A stretch of 64,000 bases of DNA from assembly GCA_965217115.1 (NCBI GenBank), contig OZ244239.1, forward strand, positions 1,856,001-1,920,000, read 5' to 3'. Below, piece by piece: positions 13,314 to 22,148 of the stretch. This stretch comes from Bdellovibrionales bacterium. Its GTDB lineage: Bacteria; Bdellovibrionota; Bdellovibrionia; Bdellovibrionales; CAYMLA01. Position numbers and translations under genes: made by a program. Position 1 is the first letter of the stretch. Each line of letters starts with the position of its first letter. The notes beneath the pieces are model-generated. The model made no database searches. It worked only from the letters and a program-made list of their open reading frames with translations, and was not told the origin of the DNA.

Positions 13314-13599
13314 TAGAGACCTTTTCTACGAATTGGAGAAATTTAAGTATAGATTTACGGAAGAACTCAGGAGTTTTAAATTTTGGATCAGCACTATCAA
13401 GTTGTTCATTAAAAAACATGATAGATGACACCTCGAGGTTAAATATGTTTGCATATTTTTCAATAAGCTTAAGATTTGGCCTTCTTTTATTCGTTTCCAC
13501 TTCAGACAGAAAACCTGGTGAGATTTTTAGTTCTCTGGCCAAGTGGGTTAATTTCTTATCATGATAAACACGAATCAGTCGTAAAGCTTCTCCAATCAT
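13285..13599 (-). CDS. XRE/Cro-C1 HTH protein, retron-associated
   Basis: ALRLIRVYHD...LARELKISPGFLSEVETNKRRP HTH; overlaps the RT start; AGGAG-type RBS. Confidence 0.9.
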   Translation of the reverse strand: MIGEALRLIRVYHDKKLTHLARELKISPGFLSEVETNKRRPNLKLIEKYANIFNLEVSSIMFFNEQLDSADPKFKTPEFFRKSILKFLQFVEKVSNDSSTERKA

Positions 13600-13618
13600 T
13601 TTCCTCTCCTAAAAAAAT

Positions 13619-14030
13619 TAGACTTGGTTAGTCACCTCGACTCCCCCAGAAAAGGTCTATAACGAAAAAAACAACTCTAAGGATTAACTTTCGATACTTC
13701 CTTAAAAATTGTCGTCCTTTCTGGTAGGCACTCGGGGTAACACAAAACTGCGGTATTCTTCTTCTTATCTTCATAAAAAGACCTCTCTTTGTTATGAAGA
13801 GCTTTATTGCTCTCCTCCCTTGAACAAAGAGATCGTTCGCAAATTTGCATCACCAAGTCTACTTTAAGCACGAGAATTCCCTTTCTCGTGCGGCCTTGGG
13901 GAGTATAATGTCTAAGTAGCTTAGTTAATAAATTACTTAGTCACAATAGGTTTGGCCCCAAGAAGCCTAGTGTTTCCACTAGTCACAGGTACACTTTTTG
14001 TGTACCCCCTTTAATAAGGGAATCCCTATT
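13619..14030 (-). ncRNA. putative retron RNA (msr-msd-like 5' domain plus a 3' domain embedding the small ORF)
   Basis: Stems at 13988-14006, 13967-13982 (GAAA tetraloop), 13895-13962, 13868-13891 and 13768-13800; 10-bp inverted repeat 13619-13628/13852-13861. Confidence 0.7.
13628..13774 (-). CDS. small 48-aa cationic/hydrophobic protein, putative retron effector (absent from ORF track)
   Basis: Manual translation MKIRRRIPQFCVTPSAYQKGRQFLRKYRKLILRVVFFVIDLFWGSRGD*; GAGAGG SD 7 nt upstream of ATG; directly upstream of HTH-RT. Confidence 0.72.
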   Translation of the reverse strand: MKIRRRIPQFCVTPSAYQKGRQFLRKYRKLILRVVFFVIDLFWGSRGD

Positions 14031-14371
14031 GAATACATCATTATAATTGCAGGTTTTTATCTAAGCTTCAAGAATAAAATTCACCTATAGAAGAATAATG
14101 CGTTAAGTTATGGGAGAATGGTAATATTGCCTTCTTAATATTCTAAAAGAAGAAATATAATTGGAGTTTTTTTTGGGCGAGGCTTGTTCGGGATAACCCA
14201 AATGATAGTCTCATTTAGAAAATAGATTTTTTTCTTTATAGATTTAATCAAACTTCAAGGAGTCGTTTTAAGTTGGCATTTAGGGCTTAGGCTAATCTTT
14301 CAGCAACAGCCCTGGTGATTTTTCTTGCGCTACTTTCGTATTTAGAGCCTCTCTACCTGTTCTTACTTTTT

Positions 14372-17080
14372 TTAAAATTTGGTAACAAATGACTTAAAAT
14401 GATCAATATTCCGAGAGTCTGTGATTTCATCATGAGGAATTAGAAGGTATGCCCAAGGCTTCTTACCATGCTTTTTAGCAAAATCACTTGCTGCACTACA
14501 ATATTCTTGAGCTGCCCTTGCTTTTTCTATTACGTCAGGGCTTTTAAGTTCATTCTTTGCTTTAATTTCCACGAGATAATGATGGGCTTCCGTTTCAACA
14601 ACAAAATCAGGTTCATACAGCCTTGAGTGGTGATCCCAATAAATATTAAATTGCTTAATTGAGGGTCTAAGCCATTTTAAAACTTTCTCATCTTCATCAA
14701 GAAGTGAAGCAAATGCTTTCTCTGGTAAAGAATCAAATTTATAAATAGTATGGCATGATTTCTTATAAAAATCGAAAACCCTTTTTGTTAGTTCCGCTTT
14801 TGTCGCAACATGATCTCTAGAGTCATAAATTTTATCCTCTTTGAACTTGCTATAGTTATGGTTTTCAATTCTTGTAAATGGCTTAATCTGCGCGTCCTCA
14901 AACTTACCAGTCTTACAATAAAATTTTTCCATCATCTGAGCATAGATAAATTCAGCTATCTTAACTCTATAATACTGAATGACATTATCTATTTCAGAGT
15001 CTTTTGAAAGATAAGATTTAAAATGTGCCAAGGCTTCGTCACTAAGTTGGTAAAGTAAATCTCCATGCTCATCATAATCAATTTCATCATAATTCAATAA
15101 CTCTGACACGATTGTCTTAAGCCAACTTTGCTCACCAGAGGAGCTATCGTTTGTCATAGAGTGGGTAAGTGTCTTTTTTTGATCTTGTAGATAACGCACA
15201 AAAATCTCTTCTTCAATAGGCGGAAACTTTGCCATTGTACTGGTATCGAGGTTGAATTTTTTAAAGCCAAATTCAGTGTCATTTTTTAGTTGAATAGTGA
15301 TTCTTGGTATCTCTATTGTATTTTCAATAATTGATTCAATTATTTTTTTATATTTCTCCTCAAAGACTTCATCTACCTGAACATCTTCGAGGTTAATAGA
15401 TAAAACTCCCTGAGATATTTTCTTTTTTATAGCTTTTTTTAATTTATCTTTAACTTCTGCTTTTGATAAATCTTCAATATTGGTTACATTATCGCTATTG
15501 AAGCAGCTTTCAAATAATTCCTTCTCCACTAAAAGCTTATCTGTTTCAACTTTCTTTTCTAATTCATCGTCGATAGTCTCAATTTCAACGGCTCTTTGAA
15601 TAAATTTCTCCTCTACTGGAGTAACAGCTGGAACAACCTCTTGATTCTTCTTGAAAATGTCATCATCAGAATCAATAAAGTATTGTTTCATTACTATAGA
15701 GTTAGGGTCATTAGCTTTTTTAATCAAGTCTTCAAAACTTTCATGGGCCATAACAGTTAAGGTATCAACCTCTGGAACTCCTGTAATTTCACCATATGGA
15801 AGCCGCAATCCCCTCCCCAGTGTTTGCTCTGTGAGAATATTGGCCGCGAATGAACGAAGAGGAACAATTGTGTAAAGGTTAGTCACGTCCCAGCCTTCTT
15901 TTAGCATATTACAATGAATTACTATTTCAAATTCATTCTTAGGGTCTTCTAGCTCTAAAAGCTTTTGAATATTTTCTTCTTTTTCAGTTCCCCTTTGATT
16001 AGAGTGAATCTCAAAGACCTTAGCCGCATATTGTCCATTACAAAAAGATTCAGATTGAATCAGTGAACGAAGTTCCTCAGCATGCTTAGTATCTTGAGCC
16101 ACAACTAAAACAAAAGGGCGAACTAATGGTTTTTTATGATTTCGAGCGTATATTTCAAGATTTGTTTTTGTTATCTCATGCACATGCATAGCATCTGATA
16201 ACTTCATTTTATCAAGCCCCTCGGGTGACAAATCTTTAAGCTGTTTTTTTGTGAGATTTTTCCTCGTTGCCGCTGCGGGCTCTTTAACAAAGCCATCTTT
16301 AATTGCATGGGCCAGTGTGTACTCATATACAATGTTTTTAAAGGGGACACCTTTGGTTGATGTAGGAGTTGCTGTTAGTTCTAAGCCCAAGATCGGTTTC
16401 AACTCATTTAGAACTTCCATGGCCCTAGATGCTCTATAGTGATGAGACTCATCCATTAACAAAACAAGGTCTTCAGTATTTTGTAAAAATTGAAAATAAG
16501 ACTCTCCAAAGTATTCAGAAATTCTTCTAATCTTTGGAGATTTCCCTCCTCTTGCTTCAGAATTTATTTTTGAGATATTAAAAATATTTATGATGACCTC
16601 ATCTGAAAAAAGGGGGGTTTGACCAAAGCGATCTAGAGAAGTTTTTTTTACCGTATTAGTTCTTAAATAATTATCACCAGTGATAACTTTTGGTTCAATC
16701 TGTATCCCCTTAAAAACATATTTAGGATGGGTGTTTCTACTAAAATCAATAATCAATTTATTATAAATGGTTAAGTTAGGAGCCAAAACTAAAAAATTTC
16801 TCAAGCCTTTTTCTTTATAAAGATAGCTGATAAAAGCTCCCATAAGCCTAGTCTTTCCTACTCCTGTTGCTAGAGCAAAAGCTACTGAAGGAAAGCCACG
16901 TTCAAAATTAATTAGCTTGTCAAACTCTCCACACCTTTTAAATGTTAATAAAGCGTCATCTAATTTTATATTTTTATTTAATTCAATACTTGAAATGAGT
17001 TTTGATAATATTTCAAGACTCTCCCTTTGTGGCTTTCTCAAGCTTAATCTTTGGTTTACATAATTGATATTTGAACTCAT
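14372..17080 (-). CDS. res: type III restriction enzyme Res subunit (SF2 helicase + PD-(D/E)xK nuclease)
   Basis: ATGVGKT, DESHHY, LTATP, LKEGWD, QTLGRGLR; C-terminal YEPDF...VEIK. Confidence 0.88.
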   Translation of the reverse strand: MSSNINYVNQRLSLRKPQRESLEILSKLISSIELNKNIKLDDALLTFKRCGEFDKLINFERGFPSVAFALATGVGKTRLMGAFISYLYKEKGLRNFLVLAPNLTIYNKLIIDFSRNTHPKYVFKGIQIEPKVITGDNYLRTNTVKKTSLDRFGQTPLFSDEVIINIFNISKINSEARGGKSPKIRRISEYFGESYFQFLQNTEDLVLLMDESHHYRASRAMEVLNELKPILGLELTATPTSTKGVPFKNIVYEYTLAHAIKDGFVKEPAAATRKNLTKKQLKDLSPEGLDKMKLSDAMHVHEITKTNLEIYARNHKKPLVRPFVLVVAQDTKHAEELRSLIQSESFCNGQYAAKVFEIHSNQRGTEKEENIQKLLELEDPKNEFEIVIHCNMLKEGWDVTNLYTIVPLRSFAANILTEQTLGRGLRLPYGEITGVPEVDTLTVMAHESFEDLIKKANDPNSIVMKQYFIDSDDDIFKKNQEVVPAVTPVEEKFIQRAVEIETIDDELEKKVETDKLLVEKELFESCFNSDNVTNIEDLSKAEVKDKLKKAIKKKISQGVLSINLEDVQVDEVFEEKYKKIIESIIENTIEIPRITIQLKNDTEFGFKKFNLDTSTMAKFPPIEEEIFVRYLQDQKKTLTHSMTNDSSSGEQSWLKTIVSELLNYDEIDYDEHGDLLYQLSDEALAHFKSYLSKDSEIDNVIQYYRVKIAEFIYAQMMEKFYCKTGKFEDAQIKPFTRIENHNYSKFKEDKIYDSRDHVATKAELTKRVFDFYKKSCHTIYKFDSLPEKAFASLLDEDEKVLKWLRPSIKQFNIYWDHHSRLYEPDFVVETEAHHYLVEIKAKNELKSPDVIEKARAAQEYCSAASDFAKKHGKKPWAYLLIPHDEITDSRNIDHFKSFVTKF

Positions 17081-17107
17081 AATTTACCCTTAAACTTCCG
17101 TCCCCAT

Positions 17108-18766
17108 TTATAAGTCTTCTTGAATTGGCTCTATGATATTGAGGCTATAATCATCTTTTCCAAACTCACAACGACCAAGTAACATTTGTGGAATTTTCTT
17201 AAGAGTTATATTTGGATATTTGTCTTTTTTAACTCTAAAAGCCTTTGCACATATTAAAAGAAATTCATTTTCTGACATTTGGCTATAAATTCTATCTAAA
17301 TGTTCAGAGGTTAAAAATTGAGTAGTAACAAAGATAAAATCTTTTTCAGATGAAAATCCTTGTTTCCAGTAAACAGTTTCATTTGGATAAAACTTAAATT
17401 TTTCATGCTTACATACTGCCTCTGACAACTGTATTGCATTATATTCTTTATTAATAACCCAATTTCCTCGATCATCTTTTTGCAATAAGCTTGGAGCAAG
17501 ATCATAAAATGTAAAACCACTCCCCCCATTCCAGTTCATAATTTTGGTAATTCCACTCGCATCCTTTCCTTTTACAACATTAGACAATCTTTTATGACAA
17601 TGTGAAAATGAATGATCTCTTAATTCTATACCAATCCACTTTCGATTCATCTTGTGAGCAACACTAGCAGTAGTTCCTGATCCTAAAAATGAATCAAGAA
17701 CCCAATCCCCTTCTTCCGTGCTCATATCCAGGCAACGCTTAATTAATAATTCAGGTTTTTTTCCATTAGGAAAGCTAACATCACCTTCTTTGTGTAAATT
17801 GTTTGATAATAAATCATCCCAAATTGTTGATAAAGCTTGTCCTGTTACGTACCTATTATTTATGAACTTAATTTTGCTGCTATAGAAAAGAAGTTGCTCG
17901 CCATTTAAAAAATAGTGATCAGGCTTTCCATCTCGTTCACATCTATAAACCTTATCAGCATTTTTTCTTGATAAGTCTAAAAATTCCCGAGCATCTGAAC
18001 TTACATCCTTATCTTTAATTCTAGCGGTACGAACAACGCGCTGAGGCTCCTTCAACACAAAGTCATTAAACTTATTCTCAAGTTCATCTTCATATTTTTT
18101 CTTAAGCTCTTTCTGTTTGCAGTGTAAATTTTTTGCCAATGCGGATCTTAAAGTGACTAGATTCCAATTTTCAAAGGACTCATCATAATTTTCAATATAC
18201 TTGGAGTAGCGACTGTCCCTATCAGTTTCAGTAAATGTTTTGAATGACTTCCATTTACTTTTATCTTTTGCGTAGACAAGGATATAATTCGCTGTAGATA
18301 CTAGTCCCGGGTTTACTGCTTTTGGCCCAGAAACCGAACTTTGTTTAAAAGTTACCATCGAAACTCTATTTGAACGGCCAAATATTTCATCAGTTAGTAC
18401 ACATAAATATGCAAATTCATTATCATCTATGTGAATAAAGAGAGTCCCTGATTCATGCATTAGGGAATGAATAATCTCCAGACGGGACTTCATCATTGAG
18501 AGCCAAATTGAGTGCTCAACTCCATCATCGTAATGCTCAAAAGCTTGTTGTGTATTAAAAGGAGGGTCTATATACACACATTGAATTTTTTCTTTAAAAC
18601 CGCTCTCTAAAGCTTTCAATGCGAGTAGGTTATCTCCATGAATTAACATATTTTCACTTTTTGTGCCCTCTGATTTCTCATCAATTGGCATAAGTATTCT
18701 TGGCTCCAGAATGGAAGTATCATCTTTCCCAACCCAATCTAACTCTAATCTTTGCTTATAGCTCAT
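17108..18766 (-). CDS. mod: type III R-M DNA methyltransferase Mod subunit
   Basis: IHGDNL, catalytic DPPF, SAM-binding DSFLGSGTT (beta-class order); adjacent to res. Confidence 0.9.
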   Translation of the reverse strand: MSYKQRLELDWVGKDDTSILEPRILMPIDEKSEGTKSENMLIHGDNLLALKALESGFKEKIQCVYIDPPFNTQQAFEHYDDGVEHSIWLSMMKSRLEIIHSLMHESGTLFIHIDDNEFAYLCVLTDEIFGRSNRVSMVTFKQSSVSGPKAVNPGLVSTANYILVYAKDKSKWKSFKTFTETDRDSRYSKYIENYDESFENWNLVTLRSALAKNLHCKQKELKKKYEDELENKFNDFVLKEPQRVVRTARIKDKDVSSDAREFLDLSRKNADKVYRCERDGKPDHYFLNGEQLLFYSSKIKFINNRYVTGQALSTIWDDLLSNNLHKEGDVSFPNGKKPELLIKRCLDMSTEEGDWVLDSFLGSGTTASVAHKMNRKWIGIELRDHSFSHCHKRLSNVVKGKDASGITKIMNWNGGSGFTFYDLAPSLLQKDDRGNWVINKEYNAIQLSEAVCKHEKFKFYPNETVYWKQGFSSEKDFIFVTTQFLTSEHLDRIYSQMSENEFLLICAKAFRVKKDKYPNITLKKIPQMLLGRCEFGKDDYSLNIIEPIQEDL

Positions 18767-18775
18767 AATATCCCC

Positions 18776-21763
18776 TTAAATGATTTTCCACTTTATTTTT
18801 ATTATATTCTTTTCTTTATGTTCTAATTTCATTCGTTTTTCAATATCTTCAATTAAATGTTCTTTTTCTTTTTCAATACGATCTTGTTCTTCAAAAAGCT
18901 TTCTTCTCATGTTATTTCTCTTCTTCTCAAGATTTTTTGCTACTCTCTGCGCCTTAACTTTTTTATCTAAAAGGCTGATATTTTTTGAATCTTTCTTTAT
19001 TTTCTTAATCTCCTTATCAAGTTCTTTAATCTCGATCTCAAGACCCTCTTTAATGTCTTCGCTCCATTTATCTAATTTTTCAGACTCCTCGATAAAGAAT
19101 GAATGATTGCGTTTTTCAATTTCCTTTAAATACAAAGACGTTGTCTGATCTTTAATTTTAAAAAGACTTTGTTCTACCTGTTTAGAAGTTTCGTCATTAC
19201 AAGATGAGACAGAAGCATTAATGTTGAACATTTTTCGAATTACTTCTGCTGGCACGTCATCTCCATCTTTAGTTATACCAACGTATACCATCTCTTCACT
19301 ATGATCTAATGAATTAACATTAAGCAAGCAGATTTCTAGCCAGCCAGATTGACCAATATATTCCTCTAAAGCTGTTATTTTATTTTCATAAGAAGATAAA
19401 TCAAACGTCAGGCTAGCTAATTCGAGCTGGGAAGATTTTGCGTTCTCGATAACTCTCTGGCCAAGCGGATGGTTTAACCTATAGCTATGTGAATCACCCT
19501 CTCTTTCTTGGCCTTTAGAGATCATTTTATATGCCCCAAGCTTGTATTGACCGGGAGAAATCTCTGAAAATGGGGATTTTTTTAACTCAAAAGAATAATT
19601 TGAATCGTCGAAATCAGCATATTCATTTAGCGTGTTCTTTGTCAGGTTCCAAAACATATTAGAGACATTATCCACCCTTTTTTCTGCTTCATCTAACTGC
19701 ATTTTTAATTTTGAATGAACATCTTCATCAAATTTCTTTAAAACAATATTCTTTGTTTTGCTTAATTTTTCTGAAATTTGTTTAGAAGAAGATATTTGTA
19801 GGTTCTCAAAGGCCTCACTAATTTCCTCTTCAGTTCGACAGGACATATATATCTTTAAAATTCTCTTTTCAATATCGTGACCGTCTATAATATCACCAAG
19901 TACTTCGTCACTTGCACCAAATGCTCCACGAAATAAATTGAACTTTTCCTGCAAGAGTTCTAAAATTCTCAAGTCAGCAATGTTTTTGGTATTTACAAAA
20001 TTAACCACTATTACGTCTAATTTTTGACCATACCTATGACAACGACCTATTCGTTGTTCAATCCGTTGTGGGTTCCATGGCAAATCATAGTTAATTAAAA
20101 GGTTACAAAATTGTAAATTAAGCCCTTCCGAGCCAGCTTCAGTTGTGAGAAAAATTTTTTTGACCTCTTTAAACTGCTTAACGAGAAACCTTCTTTCTTC
20201 TGCTCCTCCTGAATCACCATTAAATATTACGACTTCATTCTCTACATCTATTCCCATCTCTGACAGCCTTCTCATAATGTAGCCCTGGGTTGATCTAAAT
20301 TCAGTAAAGATAACGGCTTTTTCTGGCCAACCTTCATGTCGTGCCTTTTCAAATTGTTGGGTTAAAGCATTTACCAAGGCATCGGCTTTTTTATTTTGCT
20401 TGATTTCCAAACTCAGAACAATCATTTTCAAAATAATTTCTGATTCTTCCTGAATCTCTTCAGAACTGAACAGCGTTGTTGCTTCTTCAGGATTCTGAGA
20501 GTTTTCTATATCTTGATCTGAATAATTCTCTTTAACCTCACCTTCTTCTTCAGAAACCTCCTCAACAGGAGTGTTACTTTTAAAAGATTTTTTCAAGCCT
20601 TCATAATTTTTTGAAATAAGGTCAGCAAAGAGTTTTTTCTCAAATTTCTCTAGTGCTTCTGATTTTCTCCCATCATCAAGAGTTAAGCTTTGAGTAATAC
20701 TGTCTAATAAACTATTAAATAGGGTCTCATTGTCAATAGAAACGGTTGCCAAAAGAAGCCTTTTATATAAATTTAAAAGGCTGTTTTTTATCGCAAAGGT
20801 TGAGCTTGCAATAAGTTTTAAGTAAACAAGTGTTAACAATGGAAGGGCCGAGGCAGGAATAGAGATAAGAGTTTCTCTTCTTAGGAAGATTTCAAAGCTG
20901 ATCCTCAGTTCTTCTTCATAGTCTGTAGGGTCATAGGTAAAAGTAACGGTCTTTCTGTTGGTATAATTAATATATTCAAGAACATTTTTTCTAAGTTCTC
21001 TTCTAAAGAAATTTTTCATTCGACTTTGTAGCTCTATCATTTGACCCTCACGAACAGAGTCAGACAAATTACAAAAAAGACTTTGAAAGCTTTCTCTTGT
21101 TCCTAAAATGTATTCATCAACAAAGCTTGTGAGTCCATAAAGCTCCATTAGGTGATTTTGCATAGGAGTCGCGGTTAAAAGTAATTTTTTAAATGGCTGA
21201 AGAGTGTCTTTGATACGTTTAGCACGCTTTGCTTCCTTTTTTCCTTTTTTCCATACATTTCTCAATTTATGAGCTTCATCTATAACAATTAAATCCCATG
21301 CTTCCTTTTTAATAATTTCATGATAGCTATCTACAGAATGTTCATTTGTAATAATTATTTTTTCTTCTCTATTTAGTGGGGTTTCTTTTTCTGGATTATT
21401 TATTTTCTTAAAATCTTGCCCTGCCATGATTTCACTGTCTAAAAAGAAGAGATTTGATAATTCATCTTTCCATTGATGGCGAAGTGACTTAGGAGCGATG
21501 ATTAAAAATGATCTCTTCCCCTCAGCCCATAGCTGTGAAAGAACAAGACCTGCCTCAATTGTTTTTCCAAGGCCAACTTCGTCAGCTAAAATACATCCTT
21601 TACTCAAAGGGTTCTTCAAAGCAAATATTGCTGCATTTATTTGATGAGGATTTAGGTCAATACAGGCATCAAACATTGCCTGAGAAAGACGATTAACTGA
21701 ATCTCCAGCTTGAAGCAGTGATAATTCATGTGCGAATAATTTAGCGTGGTAGTTAGTGTTCAA
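18776..21763 (-). CDS. SNF2-family helicase/ATPase with C-terminal coiled coil
   Basis: LADEVGLGKT, DEAH, TATP, NYDLPWNPQRIEQRIGRCHRYGQ. Confidence 0.9.
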   Translation of the reverse strand: MNTNYHAKLFAHELSLLQAGDSVNRLSQAMFDACIDLNPHQINAAIFALKNPLSKGCILADEVGLGKTIEAGLVLSQLWAEGKRSFLIIAPKSLRHQWKDELSNLFFLDSEIMAGQDFKKINNPEKETPLNREEKIIITNEHSVDSYHEIIKKEAWDLIVIDEAHKLRNVWKKGKKEAKRAKRIKDTLQPFKKLLLTATPMQNHLMELYGLTSFVDEYILGTRESFQSLFCNLSDSVREGQMIELQSRMKNFFRRELRKNVLEYINYTNRKTVTFTYDPTDYEEELRISFEIFLRRETLISIPASALPLLTLVYLKLIASSTFAIKNSLLNLYKRLLLATVSIDNETLFNSLLDSITQSLTLDDGRKSEALEKFEKKLFADLISKNYEGLKKSFKSNTPVEEVSEEEGEVKENYSDQDIENSQNPEEATTLFSSEEIQEESEIILKMIVLSLEIKQNKKADALVNALTQQFEKARHEGWPEKAVIFTEFRSTQGYIMRRLSEMGIDVENEVVIFNGDSGGAEERRFLVKQFKEVKKIFLTTEAGSEGLNLQFCNLLINYDLPWNPQRIEQRIGRCHRYGQKLDVIVVNFVNTKNIADLRILELLQEKFNLFRGAFGASDEVLGDIIDGHDIEKRILKIYMSCRTEEEISEAFENLQISSSKQISEKLSKTKNIVLKKFDEDVHSKLKMQLDEAEKRVDNVSNMFWNLTKNTLNEYADFDDSNYSFELKKSPFSEISPGQYKLGAYKMISKGQEREGDSHSYRLNHPLGQRVIENAKSSQLELASLTFDLSSYENKITALEEYIGQSGWLEICLLNVNSLDHSEEMVYVGITKDGDDVPAEVIRKMFNINASVSSCNDETSKQVEQSLFKIKDQTTSLYLKEIEKRNHSFFIEESEKLDKWSEDIKEGLEIEIKELDKEIKKIKKDSKNISLLDKKVKAQRVAKNLEKKRNNMRRKLFEEQDRIEKEKEHLIEDIEKRMKLEHKEKNIIKIKWKII

Positions 21764-22148
21764 CCTTTACTACCTCGCTCATCGAACTTTCTCCCCTTAA
21801 TTAATTAAATAAAACTTATGCGAATATTCAAACACTGATTGTCTTTTTTGACAAACTATTGCTAAGATAAAAAAATCATTCTCTTGACTAGACGAATTTT
21901 TTAGTGCCAAGACATAAGTTCCCCTCAGATTGCAAGTAACTGAAGTCTTGGCTGCAAAATTTTTGGTATTGGATGTCTTACTCCGAGGCTTGAGTGAGGT
22001 CTAGCGGTGTTATAGTGAACTCCTCAACGTTCAATTAATTTTGTTATCTGAGCGTCTGTGCTTTGGTGTTTCTCTCTCTAAGAAAAAACCTGTTAAGACC
22101 AAAAAATCAAAAAAAACCAAAGAAAAACATAGAGGATTTGGGGTGGGG

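Noticed and set aside
11363..13634. 11-bp match TTGGTTAGTCA at 11363 and 13624 as an att/target duplication
   Set aside because: Too short to be significant, and it would split the retron from its own RNA.
13677..13871. 64-aa ORF in the provided track upstream of the HTH gene
   Set aside because: It starts inside a hairpin in the structured RNA and overlaps, in another frame, the 48-aa ORF, which has a better SD and a toxin-like profile.
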